Positions 60,333-64,000 of a DNA stretch of 64,000 bases are shown in pieces. How positions within the stretch are numbered: the stretch's first letter is position 1; every line of letters begins with the position of its first letter. Position numbers and translations under genes: made by a program. Origin of the DNA: an uncultured Chloroflexia bacterium. GTDB lineage: Bacteria; Chloroflexota; Dehalococcoidia; UBA2979. The stretch is from NCBI GenBank assembly GCA_963728205.1, contig CAVSIV010000002.1, forward strand, positions 160,001-224,000. Reading direction: 5' to 3'. The notes beneath the pieces are model-generated. The model made no database searches. It was not told the origin of the DNA and was given only the letters and a program-made list of their open reading frames with translations.

Positions 60333-63084
60333 TGCCGCGCATCACCGTCGACGGCCGCGACTACGAGGTGCGCGAGGGGCAGCAGCTGCTGGAGGCGTGC
60401 CTCGACGCTGGGCCTCGACCTGCCGTACTTCTGCTGGCATCCGGCGATGGGGTCGGTGGGCGCGTGCCGGCAGTGCGCCGTGAAGCAGTTCCGCGACGCC
60501 GACGACACGCAGGGGCGACTCGTGATGGCGTGCATGACGAACGCCGCCGACGGAACGCGCATCGCGATCGAGGACGCCGAGGCGCCGTCGAGTTCCGCGA
60601 GATGGTGATCGCGTGGCTGATGATGAGTCACCCGCATGACTGCCCCGTCTGCGACGAGGGCGGCGAGTGCCACCTGCAGGACATGACGGTCATGACCGGG
60701 CACACGTACCGGCGCTACGAGGGCCAGAAGCGCACGTTCCGCAACCAGGACCTCGGCCCGTTCGTGAACCACGAGATGAACCGCTGCATCCAGTGCTACC
60801 GCTGCGTGCGCTTCTACGACGACGTCGCCGGCGGCGGCGACCTGCGGCCGTTCGACCTGCACAACACCGTGTTCTTCGGGCGGGCCGACGACGGGGTGCT
60901 GGAGAGCGAGTTCGCGGGCAACCTCGTCGAGGTCTGCCCGACGGGCGTGTTCACCGACAAGACGCTGAAGCAGCATTACACGCGGAAGTGGGACCTGCAG
61001 ACCGCGCCGTCGGTGTGCCAGCACTGCGGCGTCGGGTGCAACACGATCGAGGGCGAGCGCTACGGGTCGCTGCGGCGGGTGCTCAACCGCTACCACCACG
61101 ACGTCAACGGCTACTTCCTCTGCGACCGCGGGCGCTACGGCTACGAGTTCGTGAACGGCGACGACCGGCTGCGCCGGCCGCAGGTGCGCACGTCGCGCGA
61201 GGCCTCCCCGGCGGAGGCCGGCGCGGCCGACGCCGTGGCCCACGCGGCGGGGTTCGTACGCGCGGCCGGGGCGGGACGCGTGATCGGCATCGGATCGCCG
61301 CGCGCGTCGCTCGAGGCGAACTGGACGCTGCGCGCGCTCGTGGGGGCGGAGCACTTCTACGGCGGCGGTGAGCCGCGCGAGCAGGCGCTCGTCGCGCACC
61401 TGCTCGGCGCGCTGCGCGCCGGGCCCGCGCCGGCCGCGTCGCTGCGCGACGTGCGCGAGGCGGACGCCGTGCTCGTGCTCGGCGAGGACCCGACGAACGC
61501 CGCGCCGATGCTCGACCTCGCGCTGCGCGAGTCCGTGCGGCAGGCTCCGCTGCGGCGGGCGCGGGCGGCCGGCATCGAGGGCTGGAACGACAAGCCGCTG
61601 CGCGAGTTCATCCAGGACGACCGCGGGCCGCTCTTCATCGCCACGCCGCAGCCGGTGAAGCTCGATGCGCTCGCGACGGAGACGCTGCGCGCCGCGCCGG
61701 ACGACGTCGCGCGGCTCGGCTTCGCGGTGGCGCATCGAGCTCGACGGCGCGGTCGCGGGCGTGGCGGACCTCGACGGCGAGGGGTTCGCCCTCGCGTGGC
61801 GGATCGCCGGCGCGCTGCGCGACGCGGAGCGGCCGCTGGTGGTGGTCGGGCCGACGCTCGGGAGCGCGGCGGTGATCGACGCCGCGGCGAACGTGGCGCG
61901 GGCGCTGTGCGCGGCCGGGCGGCCGGCGCGGCTGTGCGCGGTCGCGCCGATGGCGAACAGCTTCGGGCTCGCGCTGCTGGAGCCGCGCCCGCTCGACGCG
62001 GCCTTCGCGCGCGCCGACGCCGGCGCCGTGGGCGCGGCAATCGTGCTCGAGGCCGACCTCTTCCGCGCGGCGCCGCGCGCGGCGGTGGAGCGCTTCCTCG
62101 TCGCCGCAGAGCGGGTGATCGCGCTCGATGCCGTGCGCACAGGCGTGACCGACGCGGCCGGCGTCGCGCTGCCGGCCGGCGCGGTCGAGGAGTCCGGCGG
62201 CACCTTCGTGAACCACGAGGTCCGCGCGCAGCGCTTCTTCCAGGTGTATGTGCCCGACGAGCCGGTCCGCGCGTCGTGGCGCTGGCTGCTCGACCTCGCG
62301 CCCGCGTTCGGGCGCGACGCCGTCGCGCGCTGGACGGGCCTCGACGACGTGATCGACGCGCTCGTGGCGGATGAGCCGGCCCTCGCGCCGGTGCGCGAGA
62401 TCGCGCCGCCCGAGCGCTTCCGCATGCCCGGCGGCCAGCGCGTCGCGCGCCAGCCGCAGCGCTACAGCGGCCGCACCGCGATGCGCGCGAACCGCGAGAT
62501 CCAGGAGCCGGCGGCGCCGGCCGACGTCGACGCGCCGATGGTGTTCTCGATGGAGGGCAGCGCGCAGTGGCCGCCGTCGCTGACGCCGCGCTACTGGGCG
62601 CCGGGGTGGAACTCGGTGCAGGCGCTGAACAAGTTCCAGGAGGAGATCGGCGGGCCGCTGCGCGGCGGCGACCCCGGCCGGCGGCTGGTCGAGCCGCGGC
62701 GGATCGAGTCGTCCGCCTACCGCGGCGAGCCGCCCGCGGCGTTCGCCGCGCGCGACGGCGAGTGGCTGGTGGTGCCGCTGCCGCACATCTTCGGCAGCGG
62801 CGAGCTGTCGTCGCGCGGGCCGGCGATCCGCGCGCTGACGCCGGCGCCGTACGCCGGCGTGGGCGACGCGGACGCGCGCGCGCTCGGCATCGACGACCGC
62901 GTGCGCGTCGCGGTACGCGTCGGCGAGCAGGCGTGGGAGCTGCCGGTGCGGCGCATCGCCGGCCTGCCGCGCGGGGTGATCGGGTTGCGCGGTCGGCCTG
63001 CCCGGCATGGACGGACCGGCCGGCCTGCCCGCATGGGGGACGCTACGCGCGCTCGGCGCGGGGGCGCCGGGGGACGCCCCGTGA
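60332..63084 (+). CDS. nuoG: NADH-quinone oxidoreductase subunit G, long form (several frameshifts)
   Basis: YFCWHP...[40 protein letters not shown]...CDRGR; C-terminus reconstructed to TGA 63084. Confidence 0.93.
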
Positions 63085-64000
63085 TCGGGGACGTCGTCAA
63101 GCCGCTCGTGATCGTGCTGATCGTGCTCGGCGGGACGCTCCAGGTCGCCGCGTTCCTGATCTGGGTCGAGCGCCGCCTGCTCGGGCTGTGGCAGGACCGC
63201 TACGGACCGAACCGCGTCGGGCCGTTCGGCCTGCTCCAGCCCCTCGCCGACGCGATCAAGCTCTTCGCGAAGGAGGACTGGGTCCCGCCCTTCGCCGACC
63301 CGGTCGTCTTCATCGCTCGCGCCGGCGATCGTCGTCGTGACGTCGCTGCTCGTCTTCGCCCTGATCCCGATGGGCACCGGCATCCAGGTTGCCGACCTGA
63401 ACATCGGGCTGCTGTTCTTCCTCGGGATGTCGTCGCTCGGCGTCTACAGCGTCGCGCTCGGCGGGTGGGCGTCGAACAGCAAGTACTCGCTGATCGGTGG
63501 GCTGCGGTCGGCCGCGCAGATGCTGTCGTACGAGGTTTTCATGGGCCTCTCGCTGATGGGCGTGGTGATCCTCGCGGGGTCGTTCTCGTTCGCGCGGATC
63601 GTCGAGGCGCAGGGGGCATCTGGTACTGCATCCCGCAGTTCGTCGGGCTCGTCGTGTTCATGACGGCCGGGCTGGCCGAGGCGCGGCGCCTGCCGTTCGA
63701 CCTGCCCGAGGCCGAGAGCGAGCTGGTCGGCGGGCTTCCACTCCGAGTATTCCGGCGATGAAGTTCGGGATGTTCTTCGTCGGCGAGTACGTCGGCGTGA
63801 CGCTGATCTCCGCGCTGATCGTGACGCTCTTCTTCGGCGGGCCGCGCGGGCCGTTGCTGCCCGGCGATCGCCTGGTTCGTCGGCAAGACCTTCGTGCTGA
63901 TCGGGTTCTTCGTCCTGATGCGCGCGTCGTTGCCGCGGCCGCGCTACGACCAGCTCATGAACCTCGGCTGGCAGCGTGCTGCTGCCGCTGTCGCTGCTCA
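63081..64000 (+). CDS. nuoH: NADH-quinone oxidoreductase subunit H (frameshifted, runs off the window)
   Basis: [57 protein letters not shown]. Confidence 0.93.

Noticed and set aside
61665-63761. NuoG-NuoH fusion suggested by the ORF track
   Set aside because: A one-base correction near 62988 ends NuoG at 63084 with a normal GTGA overlap into nuoH.

Overview
High-GC bacterial chromosomal window, mostly housekeeping genes. Gene content and style point to Chloroflexota, probably a non-dehalogenating Dehalococcoidia relative; this is inferred from the Tat-lipoprotein family-5 binding proteins, F420 genes, a Gram-positive-type SOS box, 4-domain S1 and dimeric GlyRS. Order: 3' end of 23S rRNA, tRNA-fMet, 5S rRNA, rpsA, clpC, mreBCD-mrdA-rodA, a ferritin-like/VIT1 fusion, ligA, hisHAFI, a HAD hydrolase, F420 genes (cofD, cofC, fbiE-like), DUF4395/thioredoxin, rplU-rpmA-rpmE-DUF1385, dedA, ftsH, rnhB-yraN, two FmdB-type zinc ribbons, a membrane pyrophosphatase, HD-GYP and DarA/PstA signalling genes, glyS, a perfect 4x50-bp repeat, ferredoxin, CoA-transferase, uvrA, a truncated secretion-type ATPase with a rhomboid, three near-identical solute-binding proteins, a Crp/Fnr regulator and an E. 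coli-type nuoA-H operon that runs off the end. Single-base frameshifts in many essential genes most likely reflect long-read sequencing error. No CRISPR array, transposase, integrase or phage gene was seen. Best leads: the 5S rRNA separated from 23S by tRNA-fMet and a terminator; the mosaic binding-protein triplet with a shared upstream motif; a degenerate tandem HD-GYP protein facing a c-di-AMP receptor; a palindromic repeat family; the truncated ATPase/rhomboid pair; and a possibly horizontally acquired complex I. All calls are by eye; no database searches were run.
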